A DNA stretch of 64,000 nt. Origin: Octopus vulgaris. Lineage: Eukaryota. Both the position numbers and the translations under genes were made by a program. The DNA is taken from contig OX597833.1 in NCBI GenBank assembly GCA_951406725.2, forward strand, positions 11,098,001-11,162,000, written 5' to 3'. This document shows, piece by piece, positions 1-15,198 of the stretch (within the stretch, counting starts at the first letter, position 1; the number at the start of each line of letters is the position of its first letter). Under the pieces are notes generated by a model that saw nothing but the letters and a program-made list of their open reading frames with translations, ran no database searches and had not been told where the DNA came from.

Positions 1-160
1 GCGCGTCTACGATGAGTCTACGATTAAAAAAAAATTTATCATCATTTTTCCGCATTTTAATGCGTTTTTTGCTCGGTTTATATAAGGGAAGTAACTCTCT
101 AAAAATGCTTATATAGTTATTTCCCTTACAAACCCGAGCAACGCCGGGCGATACTGCTAG
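1..160 (+). mobile_element. Non-autonomous Helitron, 3' part
   Basis: Ends in hairpin cccgagcaacgccggg + cgatactg + CTAG followed by T. Confidence 0.8.
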
Positions 161-799
161 TTCGAAAATAAAAACAAAAAAGGATACCAAGAATAAGCTT
201 TTCTTGAATTTTTTTTACTTTGTGCATCAAAACATGATGCATTTCTATGATGGTACGTCCATAGTGTTACAGACAGTTTGGTGGACAATACTTTGAAGAT
301 GTCGACGGTAGATGCAATAATACGTATACTCTTTTACTCTTTACTCCTTTATTTGTTTCAGTCATTTGAGTGTGGCCATGCTGGAGCACCGCCATTAGTC
401 GAGCAAGCCAACCCCAGGACTTATTCTTTGTAAGCCTAGCACTTATTCTATCGGTTTCTTTTGCCGAACCACTAAGTTACGGAGACGTAAACACACCAGC
501 ATCGGTTGTCAAGCGATGTTGGGGGTACAAACACAGAAACACAAACATATACACAGACACATGCACACATATATACGACGGGCTTCTTTCAGTTTCCGTC
601 TACCAAATCCACTCACAAGGCTTTGGTTGGTCCGAGGCTATAGTAGCAGACACTTGCCCAAGGTGCCACGCAGTGGGACTGAACCCGGAACCATGTGGTT
701 AGTAAGCAAGCTACTTACCACACAGCCACTCGAAGCCATCATTTATTTTCTGTGACAAGCAAATGGTATGGTGGCTCAACGTGTTTAGAGATTTTAAGC

Positions 800-1075
800 A
801 AACAACTTGCAAGCGTTACCAGTTGAAAGTTCTGCACACCGAATACTAGTTTATTGTGTCATCAGTAGAGAATGCGCGCCGTTTCAGAGCCTTCCTCTCT
901 ACGGGATCATTGCGCCGCGCCTCACTGAAATGAAGGTCAGCTTGCTAGATCAGCTGATTATCAATTTTCGTTCAATATTCTTCTAGCCATTGCTCATATT
1001 CTCTTTTTAACCAAATTCAGCAGTTTGCCTTCTCCACTGTAGTCTGGATATAACTCATGATGGTTGATGTTTTAC
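800..1075 (-). mobile_element. Second HERO-like 3' end, diverged
   Basis: Reverse strand aligns to ~50330-50610 (IQTTVEKAN..IWLKRE and 3' UTR). Confidence 0.6.
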
Positions 1076-1245
1076 GATGAGCCAAGCCCGGCAACAACAG
1101 CAGCCGCCTCACGCTGTGTGGAACGAATCGTCAATATGGACAATCATTTCAAAGTTATCAATTATTTGACACGAGTAAAAGTATTGATCCTCTTACCAAC
1201 TATTTATTAAACCTATATCTACACAACCTTTCGATCTCTCTAGAC

Positions 1246-1464
1246 CAGTGGTTTTCAACCAGGATTCCGCGGAACCTTAGGGTTCCGCCAGTACAGTCCT
1301 GGGGTTCCGCAAGAAGTTACAAAACTGCTAAAATCGGCAGTAATTTTTAATTCTCCTGTGCAGATATGTGTGCATAAGACTATTAAATTACTGCACAGGG
1401 GTTCCTCGAGCCAGTGGAATGTTTCCTTGGGGTTCCGCTCCAGCAAAAATGTTGAAAAGCACTG
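1246..1464. mobile_element. hAT (Charlie-like) MITE
   Basis: TIRs cagtggttttcaac / gttgaaaagcactg; 8-bp TSD ctctagac/ctctacac; internal ggggttccgc subterminal repeats. Confidence 0.8.
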
Positions 1465-2055
1465 CTCTACACAATATGGAGATGGCCTTATAATCGGAGC
1501 ACTTAACACTCATATATTGGAACTTTTCTTGAAATACTAGGGTGCAGGGAAAACAAACGAGATCACCTGGAAATATAGCCTAACTTATAGGTGCAGGAGT
1601 GGTTGTGTGGTAAGTAGTTTGCTTATCCAAGCCGTCCAAAAATTTTTGGACGGCTTGGGTGACCGAGAACGTGTGGACACGGTCTGCTCAAGTAGTCCGT
1701 TATGGCCTCCGCAGGTGGCTGCGGAGGTAGTAACGGAAAACATTTTGTCAGAGGTCACAGCGACCTTTGACAAGAAAGAATTTGCCTTCCCCTTTGCAGG
1801 ACCCGACTTGTCGTTGCAGAGTTGTCTGCAGGCGGCAAGTCACTTTGCTTGGAGGACCTGGCTAGGAGAATTGTTGTAAATCTATGTGCTGCCCTTGTGG
1901 CAAATTAAATGAAAGAAAGTAGCTTGTAAGAGGTTTTAGTGCCTCCTTCTTGTAAGAGGTACGAAACCTCATATTGATTTTTAAAAAAAGAAGAAAAAAT
2001 GTTTTCGAGAAAAATCCAATCGGCGGGTGTTGGGTTTCGTCTCATTTATTCATTA

Positions 2056-2427
2056 CTAGCAGTATCGCCCGGCGTTGCTCGGGTTTGTAAGGGAAATAAC
2101 TATAAAGCATTTTTAGAGAGTTATAGCCAAAAAATGGAAAAAAAAATTATGGTAAATTTTTTTTTAGTTAAAAAGGTCGAGTTGCGTCCCCTAGACAGTC
2201 TGTGGTTTGTGTTTCTGATTCTCGACCCCATGTCGAATTTATCGATTTTTTTCAGAACTGGGGGAACTTTTCAAAATTTTCGCTGCATTAGTTTTGAATT
2301 ATGACATTGGGCTCTGTGTGTGTCAAGTTTCATCAGAATCGGTTGAAAGCCGTGGTCAGGGTGAGGGTACGAGAAAACAGACACACAGAAACACACACAG
2401 ACAAACTGCCGTTTATATATAGAGAGA
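2056..2427 (-). mobile_element. Non-autonomous Helitron (variant 5' half)
   Basis: 5' TC, 3' hairpin + CTAG, inserted in A|T without TSD. Confidence 0.75.
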
Positions 2428-4148
2428 TATTTCATTTTCATTCATTAATGTGTTTGTCCAGCCCGCAAAGCTCTTTGTACTGTCTATATGACAAATTTTA
2501 TGAAATAAAGTAGGTTGCTTACCAACCACATGGTTCCGGGTTCAGTCCCACTGCATGGCACCTTGGGCAAGTGTCTTCTACCAAAGCCTTGTGAGTGGAT
2601 TTATTAGACGGAAACTGAAAGGAGCCCGCTATGTATGTATATATGTGTCTGTGATTGTCCCTCCACCATCGCTTGACAACCGATGCTGGTGTGTTTACGT
2701 CCCCATAACTTAGAATAAGTACTAGGCTTGCAGAGAATAAGCACTGGGATCAATTTGTTTTACTAAAGGCGGTGCTCCAGCATGGCCGCAGTCAAATGAC
2801 TGAAACAAGTAAAAGAGTAAAAGAGTAATTCCTACAGTTTTAATGTAGCACGAACCAAATCGGCAACACCAAAGAGCATCAAATACAATGAATTATCTCG
2901 CTCAACTACTTAAACATAACATACTCGAAGAAAACAAAAATTCTAGGAGTTACACACATTTCCTATACAACATTTACAAGACACATAAAAGACAGAGTAA
3001 AGACAGCAAAGCGACTTTGGTGCAAACAGAGCAATATGGTGATCCGTCACACTAGATTCATAATTTATGTTCGAGTCTGTACAATGGTTCTCAGATAGAC
3101 GAAGAGTAGTTACTGGGGGTGGGGGGTGGATTTGTGGCCGGTAGCTCAACGTCTGAACAATTATCTGCATGCTATGGGAATGCTCTATCAGAGGTAATCT
3201 GGGAATATACAACAACTTCAAGAACAAGAATAACCTGAAAATGAAATAGAAGTATGGAATCTAGTGGCAATGCGAGGATTGAGAATTGTGATTCACAGTC
3301 TTTTCAGGAAAACTTGGAACTAATTCCTCCGAGGGAATTGAAACCGATGAGTCAGTTACGACTCGTGAAATTACTAAAGTATGTTAATCCTACGATAAGC
3401 ATGTCATATAAAATTATCAATTATAGTATATGCACAAGGCCTGAAATTTGGGGGAGGGGTAAGTCGATCACATCGACCCCAGTACGCCACTGGTACTTAT
3501 TTCATCGATCCCGAAAGGATGAAAGGCAAAGTCAGCCTCGGCAAAATTTGAACTCAGAACATGAAGACAGACGAAATGCCGCTAAGCATTTTGCCCGCCG
3601 TGGTTACGATTATTCCAGCTCGCCGCCTTTGTCATAAAAAATAATACCTGAGTGATGTTGAAAATATAGCATTTAAGGTAGTATATCATGCATCGAATGG
3701 CTATATTTCTCTTTGATATCATTCGCTATGATACCCATATTTCCAGTTCTTCTTGGCTCTCACACTCTCCCACTCTAGCGGAGCTGGCATTGAAGAAAGA
3801 TATCCATGTACGATATTTGTTGAGTTTTGTTGTATGCAAAGAAAAGGAACACTATATTTTAAAATTAGATATCACTTTATTTCAGTATATAGATATATAA
3901 CGATAAACAAAGCCTTACATAGTGTTTTTCAAGAATTATTCGCTGAGATTTACATCGTTCTGCTTGGATATCATTCTCGTTTCGAATACTTTTCTAAAAA
4001 TTATATTGCTGCTTATTTTAACCATAAGCATAAGTTGAATAAAATATCATGAAACAAAATTACGTAATTATAAACTTTTCTTTGATATTATCACATGCAA
4101 TTTTCCCATATACATTTTCAAATTGAAACGGATTCAGTTATGTTCTAT

Positions 4149-4639
4149 TCAGTATTTACTGCACACAACACAGCTTAATTCTTGGCCATTGACATACGGT
4201 GGACATGGCAATGAACCACAAACACCCTGAACGAAATACAATAAAGCTCCATTTTCGTTTCTGTAACCTGCTGGATCAGCTTCTGGTGCATGGTCAACGC
4301 ATACATACTCTTCTCGGCCCTTGTGATCGTTGTGGGCTGTCATTAAATAACCGTAATACTCAATCGTCCAGCCAGGGTAACAGCGTGTTCTGGCTGGTAA
4401 CATCATAACAACAGCAGGTTGTCGTGTCAAACAGACAGCGCACGGAACGTTGTGGTCCTGAAGAGTTTTAGCGTTAGCTAATGAAAATATATTAGCAACT
4501 GTTATCTCATATTCGCATCCATATATCTGAGCGGCCACTTCAAGCTCTGTAGTATAATTGGCCCAAATGGGATCATTTGGTAGACATAAGAAATTACTTC
4601 CACCACCAGGTTGGTCAAAGAACTGCCCACTAACCACAC
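4149..4639 (-). CDS. Paralog A exon 4 (terminal; Cys-rich C-terminal domain)
   Basis: Acceptor tttccag|GTGTG at 4640/4639; open frame to TGA at 4149; ORF 4149..4637. Confidence 0.92.
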
Positions 4640-5296
4640 CTGGAAATAGTAAGAATGTATACCAAATTTATTAATGAAAATTTATATATGAAATGACATT
4701 GATAAAAATTTATGTTTGTATCTCATAACCTACCCGAATCTTATGTATATGTTAGGGGAACAGCAGAAGAAACAGAATATTTGTAACGAAAATATCAAAA
4801 TTATGGAATATTGTATATAGTAAAGACTATCATACAACCATGATACAAACCTGAATTCATATGGAAACAGCGGGTTTACGATTAACAATTTGGGATCCTA
4901 GGATGTCCTACATGCAAGAATCAGGAGAATTGAATGCAACATGTTGATGAATCTCTCTATTATCATGTTATTTTCTATAGTTTTTCCACGTATTATTTGA
5001 CAGGACACATCTCCACTGCAAATAGTATAAGTAGTATACCATCGATAAAAGTTTCGTTAGTTTACGGGGGTTAATTTAATTGGTCAAGAGATAAAAAAAA
5101 AATGGTCGGTATACACTATGAACAAATACAACATAGGCGCAGGAGTGGCTGTGGGGTAAGTAGCTTGCTTACCAACCACATGGTTCCGGGTTCAGTCCCA
5201 CTGCGTGGCACCTTGGGCAAGTGTTGTATACTATAGCCTCGGGCCGACTAAAGCCTTGTGAGTGGATTTGGTAGAGGGAAACTGAAAGAAGCCCGT

Positions 5297-5350
<54 letters not shown>

Positions 5351-7683
5351 TGTATGTTTGTGTGTCTGTGTTTGTCTCCCTAGCATTGCTTGACAACCGA
5401 TGCTGATGTGTTTATGTCCCTGTCACTTAGCGGTTCGGCGAAAGAGACCGATAGAATAAGTACTGGGCTTGCAAAAAGAATAAGTCCCGGAGTCGAGTTG
5501 CTCGACTAAAGGCGGTGCTCCAGCATGGCCGCAGTCATATGACTGAAACAAGTAAAAGAGTAAAAGAGTATTGCTATACATATGACACCGTACACAACGG
5601 GACTAGTTGTGACATTATAATGCAGGATTATAGTGAGTCATATTTAGGTTGAATTTTTATGATCCTTCTTCAGATATATTTAGAGTGATATTTGAATTAC
5701 TCTTTACACTTTTTACTCTTTTTACTTGTATCAGTCATTTGACTGCGGCCATGCTGGAGCACCGCCTTTAGTCGAGCAACTCGACCCCGGGACTTATTCT
5801 TTTTGCAAGCCCAGTACTTATTCTATCGGTCTCTTTTTGCGGAACCGCTAAGTAACGGGGACGTAAACACACCAGCATCGGTTGTCAAGCAATGCTAGGG
5901 GGACAAAAATACACGCACATACATATATATACATATATACGACAGGCTTCTTTCAGTTTCCGTCTACCAAATCCACTCACAAAGCATTGGTCGGCCCGGG
6001 GCTATAGCAGAAGACACTAGCCCAAGATGCCACGCAGTGGGACTGAACCCGGAACCATGAGGTTGGTTAGCAAGCTACTTACCACATAGCCACTCCTGCG
6101 CCTATATAAACACTTAGAAACATTTTTTGTATATGTAGAAGAAAGGAAACTGTAACAGAGAGAAAGGTTACGTAGGTCGCTTTGTATGTGGGAGAAAAAG
6201 GCTGCAAACTTGAAAATGGTTCAAACGTAAAAAACGCAGAATTTTCCTTTCGTAAGCTGCAGCAGTTTGAGAAATCGACAATTTTTACCATTCTTTATCT
6301 GTATTGTCTATCCAGTGGCGTATGCTAGGGTAAACTGTACAACCGAAACTGCAAACGCCTAAGTCTGGATAATTTGAAGAAAAGAAAGTCTGGATAGTTT
6401 GAAGAAAAGAAAATTTCCCTGTTTTTTTCTTCGCTGATTACGTCTCATTTTTGGAGAGACCTACACAGACCCTTTTCTTTTACCATTGTTATTCCTTTAA
6501 ATTATGTCTCGTTGAAGACGCATGGCTCAGTGGTTAGAGCGTCGGCTTACGATCGTGAGGTTGTGAGCTCGAATCCCGGACCGGGCTGCGTGTTGTGTTC
6601 TTGAGCAAGGCACTTTATTTCACGTTGCTCCAGTTCACTCAGCTGTAGAAATGAGTTGCGACGTCACAGGTGCCAAGCTGTATCGACCTTTGCCTTTCCC
6701 TTGGATAACATCGGTGACGTGGAGAGGGGAGGCTGGTATGCATGGGTGACTGCTGGTCTTCCATAAACAACCTTGCCCGGACTTGTGTCTAGGAGGGTTA
6801 CTTTCTAGGTGCAATCCCACGGTCATTCATGACCGAAGGGGGTCTTTTACTGTCGTTTTCCCACTTTTTTTTACTATACCCCCAACACCACCTATTCTTT
6901 ATTCCTATTGCTTAACTCTTGGCATATGCAAGGGTAAACTGTGCATTGGATACTCTTTTCCTTGTTTCAGTCATTTGACTGTGGCCATGCTGGAGCACCG
7001 CCTTTAGTCGAGCAAATCGACCCCGGGACTTATTCTTTTGTAAGCCCAGTACTTATTCTATCGGTCTCTTTCGCCGAACCGCTAAGTGACGGGGACATAA
7101 ACACACCAGCATCGGTTGTCAAGCAATGCTAGGGGGACAAACACAGACACACAAACACACATATGCATATATATACATATACATATATACGACGGGCTTC
7201 TTCCAGTTTCCGTCTACCAAATCCACTCACAAGGCTTTGGTCGGCCCGAGGCTATAGTAGACAACACTTGCCCAAGGTGCCACGCAGTGGGACTGAACCC
7301 GGAACCATGTGGTTGGTAAACAAGCTGTATGTATGTATATATGTATGTATGTATGTATATATGTATGTATGTATATATGTATGTATGTATATATGTATGT
7401 ATGTATGTATGTATATATTATGTATGTATGTATGTATGTATATATGTATGTATGTATATATGTATGTATGTATGTATGTATATATTATGTATGTATGTAT
7501 GTATGTATATATGTATGTATGTATATATGTATGTATGTATATATGTATGTATGTATATATGTATGTATGTATGTATGTATATATTATGTATGTATGTATG
7601 TATGTATATATGTATGTATGTATATATTATGTATGTATGTATGTATGTATATATGTATGTATGTATATATGTATGTATGTATG

Positions 7684-7717
<34 letters not shown>

Positions 7718-7802
7718 TGTATGTATGTATGTATATATTATGTATGTATGTATGTATGTATATATGTATGTATGTATATATGTATGTATATATGTATGTA
7801 TG

Positions 7803-7868
<66 letters not shown>

Positions 7869-7938
7869 TGTATGGTGCATCAGCATGGCCGCAGCTCTGA
7901 GCTGAAACTGGAGAGAGAAAAAATACATCCAGACTTAA

Positions 7939-7982
<44 letters not shown>

Positions 7983-8996
7983 GTGTTTGTGTCTCTGTGT
8001 GTGTGCGCGCGCGCGTGTGTGTGTATGTATATATACGCACATTCGAATATATACACGAAGCGATACATTCCCTTTCTACACCACTCTTTACTTTCTGTTA
8101 TCTCGTTTTGATACGCCTCCTCCTATTGTTCAATGTAACTCGGTTAGCGACCACACACTTTCCTTTTCCCTCTTCTTTATCCCTTTCCCTTCGAGTTGAA
8201 TTAACGTTTATATTTGTTCACTTACAATGTCGGAGACTTACATTTTGAGGTTTTTTATACTCGTCTGCTCCTTTATTGTATCAACCATGATAAGAAAGAA
8301 GGTAATGCTGAGTTGAAAAACAGGGCGTAAATACCTGAGAACTAAACACTTAATTTTTTCTGATGCGCACACGATTCATGCAATTCGTTGAGTTATTTAT
8401 ATCAGCAAGGAATTTGAGGGAAAGATGCAGTTGATTATATCCTCTGCTATACATGATCGGTACTTTATTTTATCCTCGAGTAATATGAAAGGCAAATTTA
8501 ACTTGAGTGGGACTTCAATTGAATATATAATAGGTTAACAGTTACGCAAGGCATAAGCGAAAGCTATAAATATTTTAGGTTGTCAGAAGAGTTTAAACTG
8601 AGAGAAGAGGACGGATTGGGTCGCAAAAATCTTGTAAAAATGTCTAAGAAACAAAGCCATCCCCCCAAGAAAAACTGAAATATTATCATATTAAATTAGA
8701 AAGAAAGTCCGATTACGCTTTTGATACGATCATTTAAGGATCCTTTTTCAATATTTGCATTCTCTTACTCTTTACTCTTTTACTCTTTTACTTGTTTCAG
8801 TCATTTGATTGCGGCTATGCTGGAGCACCGCCTTTAGTCGAGCAAATTGACCCCGGGACTTATTCATTGTAAGCCCAGTACTTATTCTATCAGTCTCTTT
8901 TGCAGAAACCGCTTACTTACGGGGACGGAAACACAACAAGCATCGGTTGTTAAGAGATATTGGGGGGACAAGCATAGACACACAAACTCACACACG

Positions 8997-9028
<32 letters not shown>

Positions 9029-10835
9029 CGATGGGCTTCTTCCAGTTTCCGTCTACCAAATCCAGTCACAAGGCTTTGGTCGGCCCGAGGCTGTAATAGA
9101 AGACACTTGCCCAAGGTGCCACGCAGTGGGACTGGACCCTGAACCATGATTTTGGTAAGGAAGCTACTCTATTTCAAAAATTTTGACATTAAGGCAAGAT
9201 ACAGAGTTGCTTGCGGGCTGGACAGAAACATTATTCTTTACTCTTTTATTTGTTTCAGTCATTTGACTGCGGCCATGCTGGAGCACCGCCTTTAGACGAG
9301 CAAATCTACCCCGGGACTTATTCTTTGTAAGCCCAGTACTTATTCTATCGGTCTCTTTTGCCGAACCGCTAAGTGACGGGGACGTAAACACACCAGCATC
9401 GGTTGTCAAGCAATGCTAGGGGGACAAACAGAAACACACAAACATATACACACACACTTATATATATATATATACATATATACGACAGGCTTCTTTCAGT
9501 TTCCGTCTACCAAATCCACTCACAAGGCATTGGTCGGCCCGGGGCTATAGCAGAAGACACTTGCCCAAGATGCCACGCAGTGGGACTGAACCCGGAACCA
9601 TGTGGTTGGTTAGCAAGCTACTTACCACACAGCCACTCCTGCGCCTCATTGATGAGATGATTGATGAAATGGGTCCTTTTCTTTGGTCTTTGACAGCGGC
9701 ATTGATGACCCAGACAGAATTTTGTTTTTTTACTCAGAAAAGGGCTCGGACGATCTAGAAAGATCTGAAAATTTGAGGTGTCGCCTAGTATGCGGTGTCA
9801 GCTTTTCACGTTACATATCATCATTGGAGGGTTATGTGTGCTCAGGATATTTGCTTTACTTCCCGACAAAAAAGAAGCCTCATATCATCGTGTTCTGTCT
9901 GCTGTGCGGGAACAAAGGGAAAATTGTCAACCAGCGACCTGTCTCATGGACTTTGAAAAAGCTCTCCATAATTCATTTATTTCTGTATTTCCGCATTTAG
10001 AAATAGTTGGGTGTGTTTTTCATCTCGGGCAGTCTATTTGGAGCAGATGAAAGTTTTCAGCTTAAGATTAAATGTTTTTGCGCTTTAGCGTTTTAAACAA
10101 TTGAAGATATTGTCAATGGATTTGAAGACTTGTCTAATGATGAAAGCACCTCTTCTGAGTTTATCACTTATTTTGAGAACTCATACATTAGAACAGTTTC
10201 CTATCCTACCCTGGAATATACACGACCGCGTTTTAAATGACTTGCCAAGAGTAAATAATTCGGTAGAAGGGTCCCACAAAATCTATAGAAAGTTTGCAAT
10301 GCCCTTAAGACTGAAGAAGGCTTAAGCCAAACGAAAATTGTGCACATTCGACGTGGGGACTTGATAACAACAAAAAAGTCCTATTAAATGATTGATACAC
10401 GTCTAAAGAAGCTAGCTGAGAATTATCAATATGAAAACGCTCTGCATTTTTTAAGAAATATCAAAAGCAATTCGTCATAAAAGAATTTTCTTCAAATATG
10501 TTAAATTTTTCCATAACTTTATTTTTATGTACTGGCTGTTATTTTTACCTTAACATGGGAATAAAATGTGAGCTAAAATGTATTCATATTACCTTTAGTG
10601 AAATTTACAGATAGTGGAATTTACCTTAGTGGAATCTACCGTAATAGAATTTACTTTAGTGGAATTTCCGTAGTGAATTTTACCTATAGTGAAATTTATC
10701 GTAGTAGAATTTACCTAGAAACTTTTATTCCGAGGTAGAAAATATGTCGCTGTTCACGCTGTAAATGGATATCTATAAGCCATGTTTGAAAAGCGACATC
10801 TTATACAATACGAGGGTCTACATAAGTGTGTGTGC

Positions 10836-10901
<66 letters not shown>

Positions 10902-12051
10902 AGAGTGTGATAGATGCAGACAGGAATAAACGAAATAGTATACTAACCATCATATACAAGATCTGAATAGGGGGGACAGGTAGTTCTACCCCACCGGGTA
11001 TACAGTGATCCGAGACCGGGTTCTGTAAAATTAAAATAAAATGATATAGTTTAGTTGAAACGATGGGCGATTCATCTTCAAGGGTAGTTGTTGGCTAAAA
11101 GTTATGTAATTGTGGAAAGAATACGTAGAAGAGAGGGAGGAAGGAAGAAAGGAAGAAGGGGGTGGAGAATCTTTTAGTGAAGACATAGATAGAGGGGTTA
11201 AGAGAAAGAAAGAGTGAATAAATGAAAGACGGAAATAAATAAATAAACAAATGGTTGGATAAATCTACGAGATTCGATAAGAATAAGCTGCAAACAAAGA
11301 AAATGTTTCATATTGAGTGTAATTTTGCTGTTCTTGGTGAAATAGTTGAGAGGCGCAGGAGTGGCTGTGTGGTAAGTAGCTTGCTAACCAACTACATGGT
11401 TCCGGGTTCAGTCCCACTGCGTGACACCTTGGGCAAGTGTCTTCTACTGTAACCTCGGGCTGACCAATGCCTTGTGAGTGGATTTGGTAGACGGAAACTG
11501 AAAGAAGCCCGTCGTATATATGTATATATATATATATATATATGTATGCGTGTGTGTGTTTGTGTGTCTGTGTTTGTCCCCCCCTAGCATTGCTTGACAA
11601 CCGATGCTGGTGTTTTTATGTCCCCGTTACTTTGCAGTTCGGTAAAAGAGACCGATAGAATAAGTACTGGGCTTACAAAAGAATAAGTGCTGGGGTCGAG
11701 TTGCTCAACTAAAGGCGGTGCTCCAGCATGGCCGCAGTCAAATGACTGAAACAAGTAAAAGAGTAAAAGAGTAAAGAGTAAAGACTAATCTAAGAAAATC
11801 GCATTTCTGAACGTGTAGCTCTCTCCACTATGAAAGCAACAATCCCTATACATACAGATATGAGTATATAAATATAAAGATAAATAGATCTGAATGTATG
11901 TACATGTGGTAAGTAGCTTGCTAACCAACCACATGGTTCCGGGTTCAGTCCCACTGCGTGGCATCTTGAGCAAGTGTCTTCTGCTATAGCCCCGGGCCGA
12001 CCAATGCTTTGTGAGTGGATTTGGTATACGGAAACTGAAAGAAGCCTGTCG

Positions 12052-12119
<68 letters not shown>

Positions 12120-12783
12120 TGTGTGTGTGTGTATGTGTATGTGCTTGTGTGTCTGTGTTTGTCCCCCTAGCATTGCTTGACAACCGATGCTGTTGTGTTT
12201 ACGTTCCCGTCGCCTAGCGGTTCGGCAAAAGAGACCGATAGAATAAGTACTGGGCTTACAAAAGAATAAGTCCCGGGGTCGATTTGCTCGACTAAAGGCG
12301 GTGCTCCAGCATGGCCGCAGTCAAATGACTGAAACAAGTAAAAGAGTAAAGAGAGAGTAAGAGTATATGTATGTGTGTTTGTGTGTCTGTGTTTGTCCCC
12401 CTAGCATTGCTTGACAACCGATATATATATATATGATTGATTGATTGATTGATTCTAGTTTCAGCTTATGAGCTGTGGCCATGCTGGGGCACCGCCATTT
12501 GGTGTTGCTACTTGGTTTCACTTCACGAAAGCTTTCTAGCAACTGCCATTTGGTGCATGAGAGAGTTCGATGCAGCTGCCCTCAGTATAAATTAATAATT
12601 TAAATAATTTTTTAAATTTTAACTTTAAATTTAAATAATTTAAATTTTGAATTTTATATTTTATATATTTTGTATATTATATTAATTAATTTCATTTCTA
12701 TGTTTTGGTTTATGTTTTTCACTGTTTGATTTGCCTAATAGTGGTTTTATCTCTAATTTAATATATATATGTATATATATATA

Positions 12784-12863
<80 letters not shown>

Positions 12864-12864
12864 G

Positions 12865-12953
<89 letters not shown>

Positions 12954-14638
12954 CGCGTCTGTGTTCGCAGGCGCACGTTAGTGCCTGTGTGTTAATATAT
13001 CTACACACACACATACAGATATAAATACACGCCACACGTGCATGCACAAATATATATTAATATTTTGTTCATTTTTTACATATAATGTTATCTATTTTCC
13101 TTCACAAATTCATTTCAGGATGCACTCCACATTTCTTTATACTTATTTTCTATCTTACCTTCATAACTGAATTGAAAATACCTGTCTGATGTTTTTCTCA
13201 TAATCATATTCAAAGGTACTAATAAATATCGACGTAGCCTTGCTCAGGTACACGTATAAACATTTATTTGTACAGCATAATAGTATTAGTTTATATTATG
13301 GAAATTATTGCAAAGTAGAAAATGTTTTAGTAAGCAGCTAAACCTTCTGTATTTCATTGAGCAGATAGGGATAATAATGAAAAACCAATCCGATGTTGAA
13401 GGGACTAGAAGTCAGTCGCGGAGGAGACTAGTTTGGCTGAACACTGTAGAACTGAAAACTAAATATTTTATGATACTTAATGTGGTACCCGAACATTTCT
13501 TCAAATTACTTTGTCTTAACAGTTTTATATATTACTAGTAGTATCGCCCGGCGTTGCTCGGGTTTGTAAGGGAAATAACTATATAAGCATTTTTAGAGAG
13601 TTATAGCCAAAAAATAGCCAAAAAATGCACTAAAAATGGAAAAAAAATTATGGTAAATTTTTATAAAAATAGTTGACTCATCGTAGACATTTTTAGAGAG
13701 TTACTTCCCTTATATAATAGCGAGAAAAATGCATTAAAATGGAAAAAAATGATGGTAAATTTATTTTAAAATCGTAGACTCATCGTAGACGCGCACTAAT
13801 ACCCAGAAGGGCTCGGCATGTATCACGACTATAAGATACCCGGTTTTGGTTAAACTGCACCGCAAAATGTGGTAGTTGTTAGGAATCTAAATCGTAGGAG
13901 ACAGACACACAACCTCACTTTTATATATAAAGATTAAATTCATTCTTACTTGATGTGTCATCAGGTTTATCATCGAGGGATTTCTTGGAGACGAAACGGT
14001 TCTGTGAAAAAAATAGAAATAATATGTTACAAATGGACTTCAGAATATTTATCATAGTTCAGAATCTAAAACGAGACCAAATCAGGTTTACTAAACCTTT
14101 GATTTCGAATGATTAACAACGTCATTATATTTTGATGTGTTTAATATACAAGCAATTCAACGTATATTTTACAAGTAACTATGCTGTTTGTGAAAGGAAA
14201 ACAACAATTTTATCAGGTATTTATCACAACCATGCTTTGACTCTGGAGTTAAGTAAACGTAGAGACTATACAACAGAGGAGATAATTCAGCTAATTTCGT
14301 TAAGAAAGATATCTCAACGCTAGTGTGGTCTTCCTTCATTCTCTTAATCTTTTTCTTGTTTTCGTCATGGGGCTGTTGCCATACTGGGGCACCGCCTTGA
14401 AGAATTTTGGCCTAACGAATCGACCCCAGAATATTATTTTAAGTCTGGTACTTAGTGTATCCGTTCCTTTGCGCGAATCGACAAGTTTTGGTAACGCTTT
14501 TTTCATTGATGACTAAACCAATTAAATAAAGGAAAACTCAATTATGTATTATATACATAATATATAATATGTAATTATATGCATGCATGCATGTATGTAT
14601 GTATTATGCATGTATGTATTTATGTATATGTATATGTG

Positions 14639-14670
<32 letters not shown>

Positions 14671-15198
14671 CATACATATATATATATATTTGAGTAGTTG
14701 AATGAATTATCTTATTAAGGATAATTCGAAATTAACCGATACCTGGGGAGCAAATTCACATCAGAAAAAACACGGTTGAAGTTACGTGCCTAGGGCATGG
14801 ATTACGTGCTTTCGTGTGGAAATTTGTATGTTTATTTTAAAAATATGAAAGAATGGAACTGAACGACGAATTAACATAATTCCTTTATTTTCGAGATATG
14901 TTTCGAAGGCTGCATATTCCTAATTGTGAAGGAATAAGGAGTACATTATGCCGCTTTCTCTTCAGGAAAACAAGGAACTTATGTCAGCATCAAATGCACA
15001 AAAAACTTTTAGATGATTGCTCATCTAAAAGTTTTTTGTGCATTTGATGCTGACATAAGTTCCTTGTTTTCCTGAAGAGAAAGCGGCATAATGTACTCCT
15101 TATTCCTTCACAATTAGGAATATGCAGCCTTCGAAACATATCTCGAAAATAAAGGAATTATGTTAATTCGTCGTTCAGTTCCATTCTTTCATATTTTT

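Noticed and set aside
5169-5396. Recurrent small ORFs 'MSSNARGTN...YQIHSQG...[16 protein letters not shown]' resembling a peptide family
   Set aside because: Antisense translations of SINE family 1 copies; frames shift with microsatellite length.
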